Positions 39,328-48,046 of a DNA stretch of 64,000 nt are shown here, one piece after another. Origin of the DNA: an uncultured bacterium (GTDB lineage Bacteria > UBP4 > UBA4092); contig CAZXWN010000010.1 in the NCBI GenBank assembly GCA_964644695.1, forward strand, positions 1 to 64,000. The letters are read 5' to 3'. Under the pieces are notes generated by a model. The model ran no database searches and had not been told where the DNA came from. It saw nothing but the letters and a program-made list of their open reading frames with translations. The translations under genes and the position numbers were made by a program. Each line of letters begins with the position of its first letter. The stretch's first letter is position 1.

Positions 39328-40758
39328 ATGGAGACAATGAGCCAGACCATCATGATAAATCCAGTGACCCGGATTGAGGGCCACGCTAAAATTACCATCC
39401 AGCTGGATGATAATAAGAAAGTTAAAGACGCCCGTTTCCATGTAGTGGAGTTTCGCGGATTTGAAAAATTCTGCGAAGGCCGACATTTCTCTGAAATGCC
39501 CGCCATTACTGCGCGGATTTGCGGAATTTGCCCTATCAGCCATTTGCTGGCTTCCAGCAAAGCGGGAGATGCTATATTGGGTGTCACCCCGCCGAAGACG
39601 GCCCGGATGCTTCGTGAACTGATGCACATGGGCCAGATTGTTCAATCCCATGCCCTGAGTTTCTTCCACCTGTCTGCTCCGGATATGTTGCTGGGTTTTG
39701 ACTCTGACCCCGCTACCCGGAACGTAATGGGTTTGATTGAGAAAGATCCCGAAACAGCTCGTAAAGGGATTCGACTTCGGAAATTTGGACAGGAAGTTAT
39801 TAAAGCCGTTGCCGGCCGAAAGATTCACCCTGAATTTACTCTTCCAGGGGGCGTGAATAAACCGCTAACCGTTGCCGACCGTGATGCACTCCTGAAAGAT
39901 TTACCGGAAGCCTTCGAAACAGCGTTCCTGGCTATCGATATCCTGAAGGGTTTTATGGAGAAAAATCGGGAGATGGTAGATAGTTTCGCTAACTTCAATT
40001 CCAACTTCATGGGTCTGGTGACTCCGGAAGGTGGATTGGAGCACTATAACGGGAAGCTCCGGGTTGTAGATTCCAAAGGCCAGATTCTGGCGGACCAGGT
40101 GGACCCGAAAGATTACCTGTCCATCATTGCGGAAGCGACCGAAGACTGGTCATATCTGAAATTCCCCTTCTTCAAAGATAAAGGATATCCTGCTGGTGGA
40201 TATCGTGTCGGTCCTTTGGCGCGATTGAATGCCATCGACAAAATTGGAACGCCGAAAGCCCAGAAGGAATGGCAAAATTGGGATTCCATGAATGGTGGTA
40301 CACAGCACAGTTCCTTCTATTACCACTATGCCCGACTGATTGAAATTATCTTCGGGTTGGAACGCATTGAAATGTTGCTGAATTCTTCCGACATCCTGGG
40401 TCAGGATATTGTGACGACCGGATTCCCCAAAAATTCTGAGGGAGTGGGTTGTATTGAAGCCCCGCGCGGAACACTGTTCCATCATTACTGGGTCGATGAA
40501 GCTGGCCGCATTGAAAAGGTCAACCTCATAGTTTCCACCGGTCATAACAACCTTGCGATGAATGCTGCCATCACTGCCCTTGCTAAACAATATGTGAATG
40601 GTGAGGATGTCAAAGAGGGTATGTTGAACCGAGTAGAAGCCGGCATCCGGTGTTATGACCCGTGCCTGAGTTGCTCTACCCATGCTGTGGGCCAGATGCC
40701 GATGGTCGTTGATATTGTAAATATGGACGGTCAGGTGATTCGGACGATCAAGAAATAA
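39328..40758 (+). CDS. hoxH: Group 3 NiFe hydrogenase large subunit (HoxH/HydL)
   Basis: PVTRIEGH; L1 [11 protein letters not shown]2 DPCLSCSTH followed by a cleavable C-terminal extension. Confidence 0.95.
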   Translation: METMSQTIMINPVTRIEGHAKITIQLDDNKKVKDARFHVVEFRGFEKFCEGRHFSEMPAITARICGICPISHLLASSKAGDAILGVTPPKTARMLRELMHMGQIVQSHALSFFHLSAPDMLLGFDSDPATRNVMGLIEKDPETARKGIRLRKFGQEVIKAVAGRKIHPEFTLPGGVNKPLTVADRDALLKDLPEAFETAFLAIDILKGFMEKNREMVDSFANFNSNFMGLVTPEGGLEHYNGKLRVVDSKGQILADQVDPKDYLSIIAEATEDWSYLKFPFFKDKGYPAGGYRVGPLARLNAIDKIGTPKAQKEWQNWDSMNGGTQHSSFYYHYARLIEIIFGLERIEMLLNSSDILGQDIVTTGFPKNSEGVGCIEAPRGTLFHHYWVDEAGRIEKVNLIVSTGHNNLAMNAAITALAKQYVNGEDVKEGMLNRVEAGIRCYDPCLSCSTHAVGQMPMVVDIVNMDGQVIRTIKK

Positions 40759-40780
40759 CAATGCCTTTTATTAGTAATCC

Positions 40781-40811
40781 AGAGGCTCCTTCGATTCGGA
40801 GGAGCCTTTTT
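40781..40811 (+). terminator. Intrinsic terminator ending the hydrogenase operon
   Basis: agaggctcctt...gaggagccttttt. Confidence 0.85.
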
Positions 40812-40861
40812 ATTTGTCAAAAGAGGGTCCGAATTGAATGTGGTAAAATTTCAAACATATA

Positions 40862-42049
40862 ATGAGATGGAAGGAATATATTATGTTTATTTGTAAAAAG
40901 GGAATTGGAATTATAGTAGCAATGATATTGGTGGCCTCCTGGGTGCAGGCACAGAATTCTATTTTTTGTTACCACGATGTCGCCGCTGGGGAAGATATGG
41001 CGGCCCCTTATGATATATCCGCGGACCAGTTCAAGGACCAGATGGATTTCTTGAAGCGGCATAACTACAATATAGTTCCTTTGTCGGCTTTTGCTGACTG
41101 GGTCAAATATAAAAAGCCACTACCCCCTAGCGCTGTTGGAATTTGTTTTGATGATAATTACCTCGGCGTTTATAAAAATGCCTTCCCCATATTGAAGAAG
41201 TACAAATTTCCGGCAACCAATTTTGCTCACACGAAATATGTAGGAGTCATGACCGCCAAAGACCATGCCGATTGGAAAGAATTACAGGAGATGGAAGACA
41301 GTGGTCTGGTTGATATCGGATCCCACGCTGTGACTCACACCCCTCTGGCTACTCTCCCCATTGAAACCGCTCGTTGGGAATTGACCGAATCAATGGCTGC
41401 ACTGCAAACTCATTTGAAAAAGAAACCCCGTCGATATTTTGCTTACCCCAACATCTCTTACAATGATGAGGTTGTTGCCGAGGTGGAGAAAGCCGGATAT
41501 GACGCAGGATTTTATGGAATCGAAGGTCCGGTGGATCCGGAAGAATCTCCCTACAAGATTCGGCGTTTTCATTCCTCACAACCTACCACTCTGGAACGGT
41601 TCAAGAAGATGCTTGGATTTAATGGAGACGACCCCAACGGCCCAATTATTGTGGACAACGATTCTACTAATTTCATTGTGACCGGGGACTGGACGACCTC
41701 TTCTGAAAAATACCAACACTACGGTGATAATTATCGCGTGACAATGGCTTCAGAAAAACCCGCACACCGTGCGATATTCACTCTTGAAATTCCAAAATCT
41801 GGCAAATATCGGGCCTATGCCTGGTACACCTCAGACTCCACCCGAAGCGTAGCTGTAACCTATAACATTACGGATGCCAAAGGGACCAGGCAAGTCAAAA
41901 TTAATCAGAAATCCAAAGGTGGAAGTTGGGTCTCTCTGGGCACCTTCTCATTTGTATCAGGGAAAAATGCCCGGATATCGGTCATTCCAACCGGCGCAAA
42001 AGCGGCAACCGTGGCGGCCGATGCTGTGAAACTTGAACCGGTCTTGTAA
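40862..42049 (+). CDS. Secreted polysaccharide deacetylase (NodB/CE4) with a C-terminal golvesin/CBM-like beta domain
   Basis: CYH, CFDD, GSHAVTH, FAYP; C-terminal IIVDN...G.Y..YAWY...WVSLGTF...ADAVKL. Confidence 0.82.
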   Translation: MRWKEYIMFICKKGIGIIVAMILVASWVQAQNSIFCYHDVAAGEDMAAPYDISADQFKDQMDFLKRHNYNIVPLSAFADWVKYKKPLPPSAVGICFDDNYLGVYKNAFPILKKYKFPATNFAHTKYVGVMTAKDHADWKELQEMEDSGLVDIGSHAVTHTPLATLPIETARWELTESMAALQTHLKKKPRRYFAYPNISYNDEVVAEVEKAGYDAGFYGIEGPVDPEESPYKIRRFHSSQPTTLERFKKMLGFNGDDPNGPIIVDNDSTNFIVTGDWTTSSEKYQHYGDNYRVTMASEKPAHRAIFTLEIPKSGKYRAYAWYTSDSTRSVAVTYNITDAKGTRQVKINQKSKGGSWVSLGTFSFVSGKNARISVIPTGAKAATVAADAVKLEPVL

Positions 42050-42129
42050 AACAAATGGATAACGGTTGATTCAAATCAAGAACAATAATAGGCCTGAACG
42101 GTTACAATAAAATAAAGGAGAATCAGGAA

Positions 42130-42321
42130 ATGAGTTGGGCCTGCCCACATGAAGATGATGGACATTGTAATCGATTGAAGACAGACTGTGAACCGACCCG
42201 TAAAGGGTGTGTGTTACAGGGAAAATTGGTCCGAGCCATAGACTGTTGTCCAGAGGCGCTCCAGGGTTTTACTCCCTCATCTGAAGCCAGTAAAAATCAG
42301 GACAATCCTGAAACCGATTGA
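42130..42321 (+). CDS. Small Cys-rich hypothetical protein
   Basis: AAGGAG SD; C-x7-C-x6-C-x6-C pattern. Confidence 0.55.
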   Translation: MSWACPHEDDGHCNRLKTDCEPTRKGCVLQGKLVRAIDCCPEALQGFTPSSEASKNQDNPETD

Positions 42322-42324
42322 TTC

Positions 42325-42621
42325 TTATTTCTCGGTGGATTCAAATTCGGCTTGAGTGATGAACCGGCCGCCTTCGATTTCTTTCCGTACCATTCGGCGG
42401 CGGGAATCAAATTCTACTCGAATCGGGATTCTCTGAAAACATTTCGTGCTGAGCGCTTCTTTCTGACAGAAAAAAGTTTTCCCGTTATCAGCCTGTGATA
42501 CTTCTGAATTCATTTGTATTCGTAATTTCAATTTTTCTCCACATCGATTACACACCAGATATAAAGACACGACATCCGGCGGTGGAGTGAGAAATGATTT
42601 TAATTTATCCAATATTCCCAT
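42325..42621 (-). CDS. Hypothetical protein with a possible Zn-binding CxxC
   Basis: GGAG SD; CNRCGE plus two further Cys. Confidence 0.65.
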   Translation of the reverse strand: MGILDKLKSFLTPPPDVVSLYLVCNRCGEKLKLRIQMNSEVSQADNGKTFFCQKEALSTKCFQRIPIRVEFDSRRRMVRKEIEGGRFITQAEFESTEK

Positions 42622-42644
42622 AATATCTCCATTTTATCAGACGG

Positions 42645-43640
42645 CTATTCGTAGCGGCAGTTATTTCGATACCAGTTCCACATCAGGTCATAGGATGATT
42701 TCGGCATTCCCTTAAAAATGACATTACTGGTAGAGAAGATATAACCGCCCCCCGGTTTCCCGTTATCCATGGCATACTGACAAGACGCCAGGATTTCTTC
42801 ATCGGTTCCTGTTTGCAACAATCCGCAATTAACATTACCAATGAGACAGACCCGTTTCCCGTATTTTGCTTTCACGTCCTTAATGTCCATATTCCCCTGT
42901 GGGTCGATGGAGTGGAGGGCATGCGGATGACAGTCAATGATCTGGTCCAGGATTAACCGTAAATCTCCATCGGAATGTTTTATTGTCCAGGCACCCATCC
43001 TTCTGTATTCCTCAATCAACTGCGCCAAATAAGGAGTGACGAATTCCCCAAACATCGCTGGACTCAAAAAAGGTCCCTGATTAAATCCATAGTCTGAACC
43101 TAACAGGAATCCATCCAGACCTGCTGCCATTATCTTTCGGGCCCACTCAAGAGAGTCCTCAACCTTCTTCTGTTCCCGGTCCTTGAGTGCCTCAGGCGTT
43201 TCATAAATAGCTTCCGCCAAAGCCATCATCCCATCCCCATCATTAATACTTAATGTGGAGTCGCCATGTGCCAGCAGAAGATGTCGGCCGCCATCCCGTT
43301 CCCGTAATATTCGGGCACCCTCCAAAAAGGTATCCAAATCGGGGAAATAAAACCCACAATATAACAGCATGGAATAATTGAATCGGTCTGCCGTTTTAAT
43401 GAACAAGTCAGCATTATGAATCAAGAACTCTTCCCTCTTGGAAGGAGACTCCTCCCATTCGGCTTGAGTGATGTAGTGTTCTCCGAAATATTCTTCCGTT
43501 AACTGCATCTCCAGTTCGAAATGGGGGACTATATCTGGTTGCCCACCTTCAAGGGCAATGATAGCGCGCTGCCGGGGTGTCGGGGGGGCATTAAAAAAGG
43601 GAACGGAAAAAGTTCCGTTCCCTTTTGAATTAGATGTCAT
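42645..43640 (-). CDS. Uroporphyrinogen decarboxylase family protein (second paralog)
   Basis: TPRQR..ALEG..PD.VP, GSDYG...PFLSP..F, HSDG, CLIGNV, GGGYIFSTSN. Confidence 0.85.
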   Translation of the reverse strand: MTSNSKGNGTFSVPFFNAPPTPRQRAIIALEGGQPDIVPHFELEMQLTEEYFGEHYITQAEWEESPSKREEFLIHNADLFIKTADRFNYSMLLYCGFYFPDLDTFLEGARILRERDGGRHLLLAHGDSTLSINDGDGMMALAEAIYETPEALKDREQKKVEDSLEWARKIMAAGLDGFLLGSDYGFNQGPFLSPAMFGEFVTPYLAQLIEEYRRMGAWTIKHSDGDLRLILDQIIDCHPHALHSIDPQGNMDIKDVKAKYGKRVCLIGNVNCGLLQTGTDEEILASCQYAMDNGKPGGGYIFSTSNVIFKGMPKSSYDLMWNWYRNNCRYE

Positions 43641-43645
43641 GTTGA

Positions 43646-44218
43646 TTAAGACCTGATTTGGGGAGCAATTAAACGGCCTAAACCCACAGCAGGAATTATC
43701 TTCAGTAAATCACCGGCCACAAAGGGTAAGGTCCCCATCGTGAAAAGTGTTCCCGGGTGATGGATGCCCGTCAGTAATCCTAACCATACCAGACCGAATC
43801 CATGAATCATTCCGAAGTCAGCAACAACCATGATGGCTGCCAGCCCCGGAAATGTCCGGGTCCAGGTATAACGATCCGTCATATATCCCACGAACCAGGC
43901 CGCTGCAACAAACCCCACCATATACCCGCCCGTCGGTCCCGGCAGGTTGGCGCCACCGAAAGTCATTAAATACATCAACACGCTGGCGGCGCTGGCATGG
44001 GCTCCGAGAGTCATTCCTAATAAAAGTACGGCAAAAGTCTGTAATGTGATTGGAATGGGTGTCCAGGGCAGGGGAATCCTGATGGCGCTTGAGAGGGCCA
44101 GAAGCAGGGTTCCTGTGGCTACTAGTGCCAGAGTCTGGGGAAGGGTGGCTTCCCGGCGCCATTGAAGGGCGGACTCTTTTAAAGTCTCTATTTTGGTCCA
44201 AGTCGTTGTCGTCATGAA
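43646..44218 (-). CDS. bioY: Biotin ECF transporter S component
   Basis: PWTPIPITLQTFAVLL.G..LG, GPTGGYMVGF, PFVAGDLLK. Confidence 0.9.
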   Translation of the reverse strand, partial: FMTTTTWTKIETLKESALQWRREATLPQTLALVATGTLLLALSSAIRIPLPWTPIPITLQTFAVLLLGMTLGAHASAASVLMYLMTFGGANLPGPTGGYMVGFVAAAWFVGYMTDRYTWTRTFPGLAAIMVVADFGMIHGFGLVWLGLLTGIHHPGTLFTMGTLPFVAGDLLKIIPAVGLGRLIAPQIRS

Positions 44219-44281
44219 TTCCTCCAAATAAAGTCTATTTTAGGGGAATAACCCTGATGGGAGCAAGTGTACCCTGATCCC

Positions 44282-44325
44282 AAAAAAAACGCACCCCCAG
44301 CCAAGGGAAGGAATTCTGGGGGTGC
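44282..44325 (-). terminator. Intrinsic terminator after the ECF operon
   Basis: gcacccccag...ctgggggtgc stem with a minus-strand T-run. Confidence 0.75.
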
Positions 44326-44335
44326 TATGCTTAGC

Positions 44336-45445
44336 CTATTGCCATAGGTTTTTGTTTTCAGTGTCTGGTTTTTCGGGTGAGTCCGGGGGGGGCGGAGGAA
44401 GTTCTTCCGTCACATCCGGTTTCTCGATATTTAACGGGTTCACTACAGGTTCCGGGGGTACGACCGGTTCCGGAGTTACATCTTCGACGGGGGCCGGAGG
44501 TGCTGGGGGGACCGGTGGTGCCGGCGGTGGAGCCTGGACAACAGGAACCTCTTTCATGGGGCGTTTACCAAAGCGGGTCTTGATCACGGTTCCATAACCG
44601 GCTATAGCCATCACTAAAGCGATGGGAATACCCACTACGGCAATCTTGATGATGGCAAAAGCCAGCGCACCAATTAACATCAGGACCATGACAGAAGTGA
44701 TTTGCCATTTGAACTTGTCTCGGAGCCAGGTCCCGACAGCCACAGCAACAACCACTCCGGCGGTCAGCCATAATACGGACGCAACAATGACTGCTAATGG
44801 AACCAGGGGAATCCCAATGCAAGTGATAAATAATCCCAGGATGATGCCAATAGTTGCCAGTATCATTAAAAATCCATGGCCCAGAGATTCCCAGGGATTA
44901 GCCATCAACTCTGAAGACATGAAAGTCACTTTTTCAGGAGCCAGCAAGACAATCGCTACCATGATGACAATGGGAGTGATTATAACAACCCCAATCATAA
45001 AGATAATGAATAGGATACTGTAAACTTTGTGACTCCCATAATTATTCCCTGTGTATTCTTGGGGTGGGTTGGTTGACCACAACTGGGTGTTTATCGACTC
45101 TTGCTTTCCAATAATGACTCCAGTACTTTTTGTGGAGATAGTTCCCTTGACCGTTTTTACATTGCCGGTCACACTTCCATAAACATCCACATTTCCGTTG
45201 ATGGCAACAACATTTCCGATGACACAACCGTTGACGGTAATATTCCCATTGATAGTATTAAGGTCTCCCAGGAGAGTCTCATTTTCAGGGATTACGATAT
45301 TGTTGTTGATCTCAGAAATGCTATTCCTGATGGTTGTCTTATTGCTGAGAGTATCTGCTGCCCAGACATCTTTGACAACAACAGCCAGACACAAAAGAAC
45401 TCCTAGAATCAGTGCTGTCGATAATTTGAATGAATCTCGTTTCAT
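44336..45445 (-). CDS. Membrane protein with bactofilin-like (polymer-forming) beta-helix, several TM segments and a Pro-rich tail
   Basis: G.V...NG.V.V.G.V.GNV repeats; ITCIGIPL TM motif; PPPAPPVPP tail. Confidence 0.75.
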   Translation of the reverse strand: MKRDSFKLSTALILGVLLCLAVVVKDVWAADTLSNKTTIRNSISEINNNIVIPENETLLGDLNTINGNITVNGCVIGNVVAINGNVDVYGSVTGNVKTVKGTISTKSTGVIIGKQESINTQLWSTNPPQEYTGNNYGSHKVYSILFIIFMIGVVIITPIVIMVAIVLLAPEKVTFMSSELMANPWESLGHGFLMILATIGIILGLFITCIGIPLVPLAVIVASVLWLTAGVVVAVAVGTWLRDKFKWQITSVMVLMLIGALAFAIIKIAVVGIPIALVMAIAGYGTVIKTRFGKRPMKEVPVVQAPPPAPPVPPAPPAPVEDVTPEPVVPPEPVVNPLNIEKPDVTEELPPPPPDSPEKPDTENKNLWQ

Positions 45446-45464
45446 GTTTATTGGTCTCCTTTCA

Positions 45465-46037
45465 CTAGACCGACCACAAATAAAATCCTTTTGGTTTACG
45501 CCAGGTGATGACCACCAGGCAGAACAGGAACAGAGAGATTTGAGCTAAATAAAACCCAGGAACCAGATAAAGTCCTTCTCTGGACAGGGTTTGAGCAAGT
45601 TGACCATAAAGGTCGTGGAGGGAAATTTGACAAACAATAAAACACTCCTTGACCCAGATAACAGAAACCTCCCATAAACCCCTGAGAGTATCCACCGAAG
45701 GTCGATAATACCAAATCAAATATCCCGCCAGTCCTATCATAAGAGCACCCATCAGGTATGCGGCCGCAAACCCTATCCCCCACACCCACTTGGGGACTTT
45801 CACAGAAGGTGCAGGAAGTAACTCTATCTGGTCCATGACAGAAGAAACCATATCTGCCGGGATAACCGGTTCCGGCCAGTCAGACAAAACCTCCTGAAGT
45901 GACTGGAGGTCTTTCTCCATTTGACGGCACTCGGTACATTGTTCCAGGTGCAGCGCCAGATCTTCCTGGTCTGTCAGGGTGAGTTTCTCATCCATTTGGG
46001 ACTGAAGAAGGTTTTGATAATAATTACACTCGGTCAT
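45465..46037 (-). CDS. Zinc-binding anti-sigma factor (zf-HC2)
   Basis: HLEQCTEC motif plus TM helices; overlaps the sigma gene. Confidence 0.88.
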   Translation of the reverse strand: MTECNYYQNLLQSQMDEKLTLTDQEDLALHLEQCTECRQMEKDLQSLQEVLSDWPEPVIPADMVSSVMDQIELLPAPSVKVPKWVWGIGFAAAYLMGALMIGLAGYLIWYYRPSVDTLRGLWEVSVIWVKECFIVCQISLHDLYGQLAQTLSREGLYLVPGFYLAQISLFLFCLVVITWRKPKGFYLWSV

Positions 46038-46617
46038 GGGTCTTCTCCATTTTAGTTCTCAGAATGGCGCGGGCTCGGTATAGATGGCTTTTAACCGTTC
46101 CCTTGGGTAAATCCAGTTCCTGACTCATGGTGTCAATGTCCAGAGACTCCAGATAACGAAGGGTCAGGACGATTCTGTATATCTCTGGAAGGTTTTGAAT
46201 GACCTGAAAAAGATACTTCCGGTCATCTTGTTCCATTAACTGGTCTCGGACTCCCGGAGTTAAATCCTGAACAGACATTTCTTCATTCTCGGATTCCGTG
46301 TCCGTCAGAGACACTGTCCATCCTTGTCGGGACCGAATTCGAAGCCGGTCCAGACAATGATTTCGGGTGATTTGACGAACCCAGGGCCCAAAAGGGTCGT
46401 TGATTCGGAATAGATGCAGGGATTGCCAGGCCTTGACCAGACTTTCCTGGGTGGCATCCCGGGCATCCTCTGGATTTCCCAGTAACCGCCAGCAAAGGTG
46501 ATACACAGGTCTCTGGTAACGGGTCACCAGCACTCCGTAAGCCGAACGATTCCCGGTCCGGCACAACTGGACCAAATCACTATCGGGATATGTTTGCCAT
46601 TCCTGTTTCATATTCAT
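46024..46617 (-). CDS. ECF RNA polymerase sigma factor (SigW/RpoE-like)
   Basis: EDARDATQE...KAW, W...I.RN.CLD.LR, GTVKSHLYRAR. Confidence 0.93.
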   Translation of the reverse strand: MNMKQEWQTYPDSDLVQLCRTGNRSAYGVLVTRYQRPVYHLCWRLLGNPEDARDATQESLVKAWQSLHLFRINDPFGPWVRQITRNHCLDRLRIRSRQGWTVSLTDTESENEEMSVQDLTPGVRDQLMEQDDRKYLFQVIQNLPEIYRIVLTLRYLESLDIDTMSQELDLPKGTVKSHLYRARAILRTKMEKTHDRV

Positions 46618-46717
46618 TACTAAGATATACGCCTAAAAGAGTCAAAAGGTTGCATTATTTTTCAAAATTATCCAAAAATATCTGCAACAGGTTGATGTGA
46701 TAAACTATCGGGATATT

Positions 46718-47068
46718 ATGCATGAAGTTTCTGTGATTGAGGAAATAATCGAGGTCGTTAATGACCAGATTCGGGAATATCCCGGTAAAAAAGTCCAGTC
46801 TATTACGCTGAAAATTGGTAAATTCAGAAATTATGTGCCGGACATAATGAGATTTTCCTGGGAATCCATGACCAAAGATACCGATTTGGATGGCGCCTCT
46901 TTGAAAATTATTGAAATCCCCGTGGAATTAAAGTGCCGGGATTGTAAACATGTTTACCAGCCTGAGGAATACGACTTTATCTGTCCGAAGTGTGACAGTA
47001 CCCATGTGGATATGAATACCGGAGATGAACTTCTTCTCGACTCCTTGGAATTAATCGATATCCAGTAA
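46718..47068 (+). CDS. hypA: Hydrogenase nickel chaperone
   Basis: MHE N-terminus (ATG 46718), CRDC...CPKC, TGDEL. Confidence 0.95.
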   Translation: MHEVSVIEEIIEVVNDQIREYPGKKVQSITLKIGKFRNYVPDIMRFSWESMTKDTDLDGASLKIIEIPVELKCRDCKHVYQPEEYDFICPKCDSTHVDMNTGDELLLDSLELIDIQ

Positions 47069-47102
47069 ATCTTATAAAATAGAAGGATAACTGGGTTTAA
47101 AA

Positions 47103-47141
47103 CTCCCCGCGAGGGGGACCATGAAATGGTGGGGCGGTTAG
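47103..47141 (+). repeat. Shortened REP-like element copy 3
   Basis: ctccccgc-gagggg-g-accatgaaatggt-ggggcggttag; same layout as 1556-1603. Confidence 0.65.
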
Positions 47142-47191
47142 ACCTTGACCTTCCTAACCTGAACCCAGCCCAAGAAAGAAGGCTATACATA

Positions 47192-47851
47192 ATGGAAGTA
47201 AAAGTTGTAAGAAGACTGCTGAAAGCAAACGACGAATGGGCCGCTCGTACGCGGGAATGGCTCACGTCAAATCATATTCTGGCCCTGAACTTGATTAGTT
47301 CCCCCGGCTCAGGAAAAACCACCCTCCTTGAACAAACAGCTAAAACCCTCCGGGATAAATACCGGATGTTGGTTCTGGAAGGAGACATCGCTACAACCCG
47401 GGACGCAGACCGGATTTCCCGCCATGATGTCCCTGCCGTTCAACTCCTGACAGAAGGCTCTTGCCATCTTGATGCCCACCTGGTTTATAGTGCTCTGGAA
47501 CAACAGGCTCTCGATAAACTGGACTTGCTGTTTATTGAAAATGTAGGGAACCTCGTCTGTCCCTCTGAATATGACCTGGGGGAGGCGGCCAAAGTCGCTC
47601 TCCTGTCAGTGACGGAGGGCGATGATAAAGTCTTGAAATATCCCCGGATATTCCATAATGCAAAATGTGTGGTCCTGAATAAAATTGACCTTATCCCCCA
47701 TCTCGATTTCAAAAGGGAAGTCTTTTATGACGACATGAAACAAATCAATCCCGATGCCGTCATCCTGGAAGTATCCTGCCGGACGGGAGAAGGTCTGGAC
47801 CAATGGTATGGATGGTTGGACGCTCAAGTGAAAGCCGTCAAAGAATCCTGA
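47192..47851 (+). CDS. hypB: Hydrogenase nickel incorporation GTPase
   Basis: SSPGSGKT, CHLDA, ENVGNLVCP, NKID. Confidence 0.96.
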   Translation: MEVKVVRRLLKANDEWAARTREWLTSNHILALNLISSPGSGKTTLLEQTAKTLRDKYRMLVLEGDIATTRDADRISRHDVPAVQLLTEGSCHLDAHLVYSALEQQALDKLDLLFIENVGNLVCPSEYDLGEAAKVALLSVTEGDDKVLKYPRIFHNAKCVVLNKIDLIPHLDFKREVFYDDMKQINPDAVILEVSCRTGEGLDQWYGWLDAQVKAVKES

Positions 47852-47929
47852 CCATCAATTTGGACGATTTCAATTTGATTTGAACGGCTCCCTATTTCCC
47901 CAACAATTCTTATACTCGTTTCCCGCAAT

Positions 47930-47956
47930 AACGAAGCAGATACGAAGGGGGAACGA
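47930..47956 (+). repeat. Second dispersed repeat copy 4
   Basis: aacgaagcagatacgaagggggaacga. Confidence 0.7.
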
Positions 47957-48046
47957 GGAACCCCTGTCCCCAATATGGTTCGAGGATATAAGCCGTATTA
48001 GAGGGAGTTCCACTTCATACCAATAAAAATAAAACAGGAGAATTAA

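Noticed and set aside
40776-40790. PyrR-binding-like sequence aatccagaggct
   Set aside because: It is part of the hydrogenase operon terminator stem and far from any pyr gene.
47091-47168. Four-way-junction RNA between hypA and hypB as a nickel (NiCo-like) riboswitch
   Set aside because: It lacks the NiCo conserved nucleotides, and its core is a shortened copy of the dispersed REP-like element also found at 1555 and 23333.
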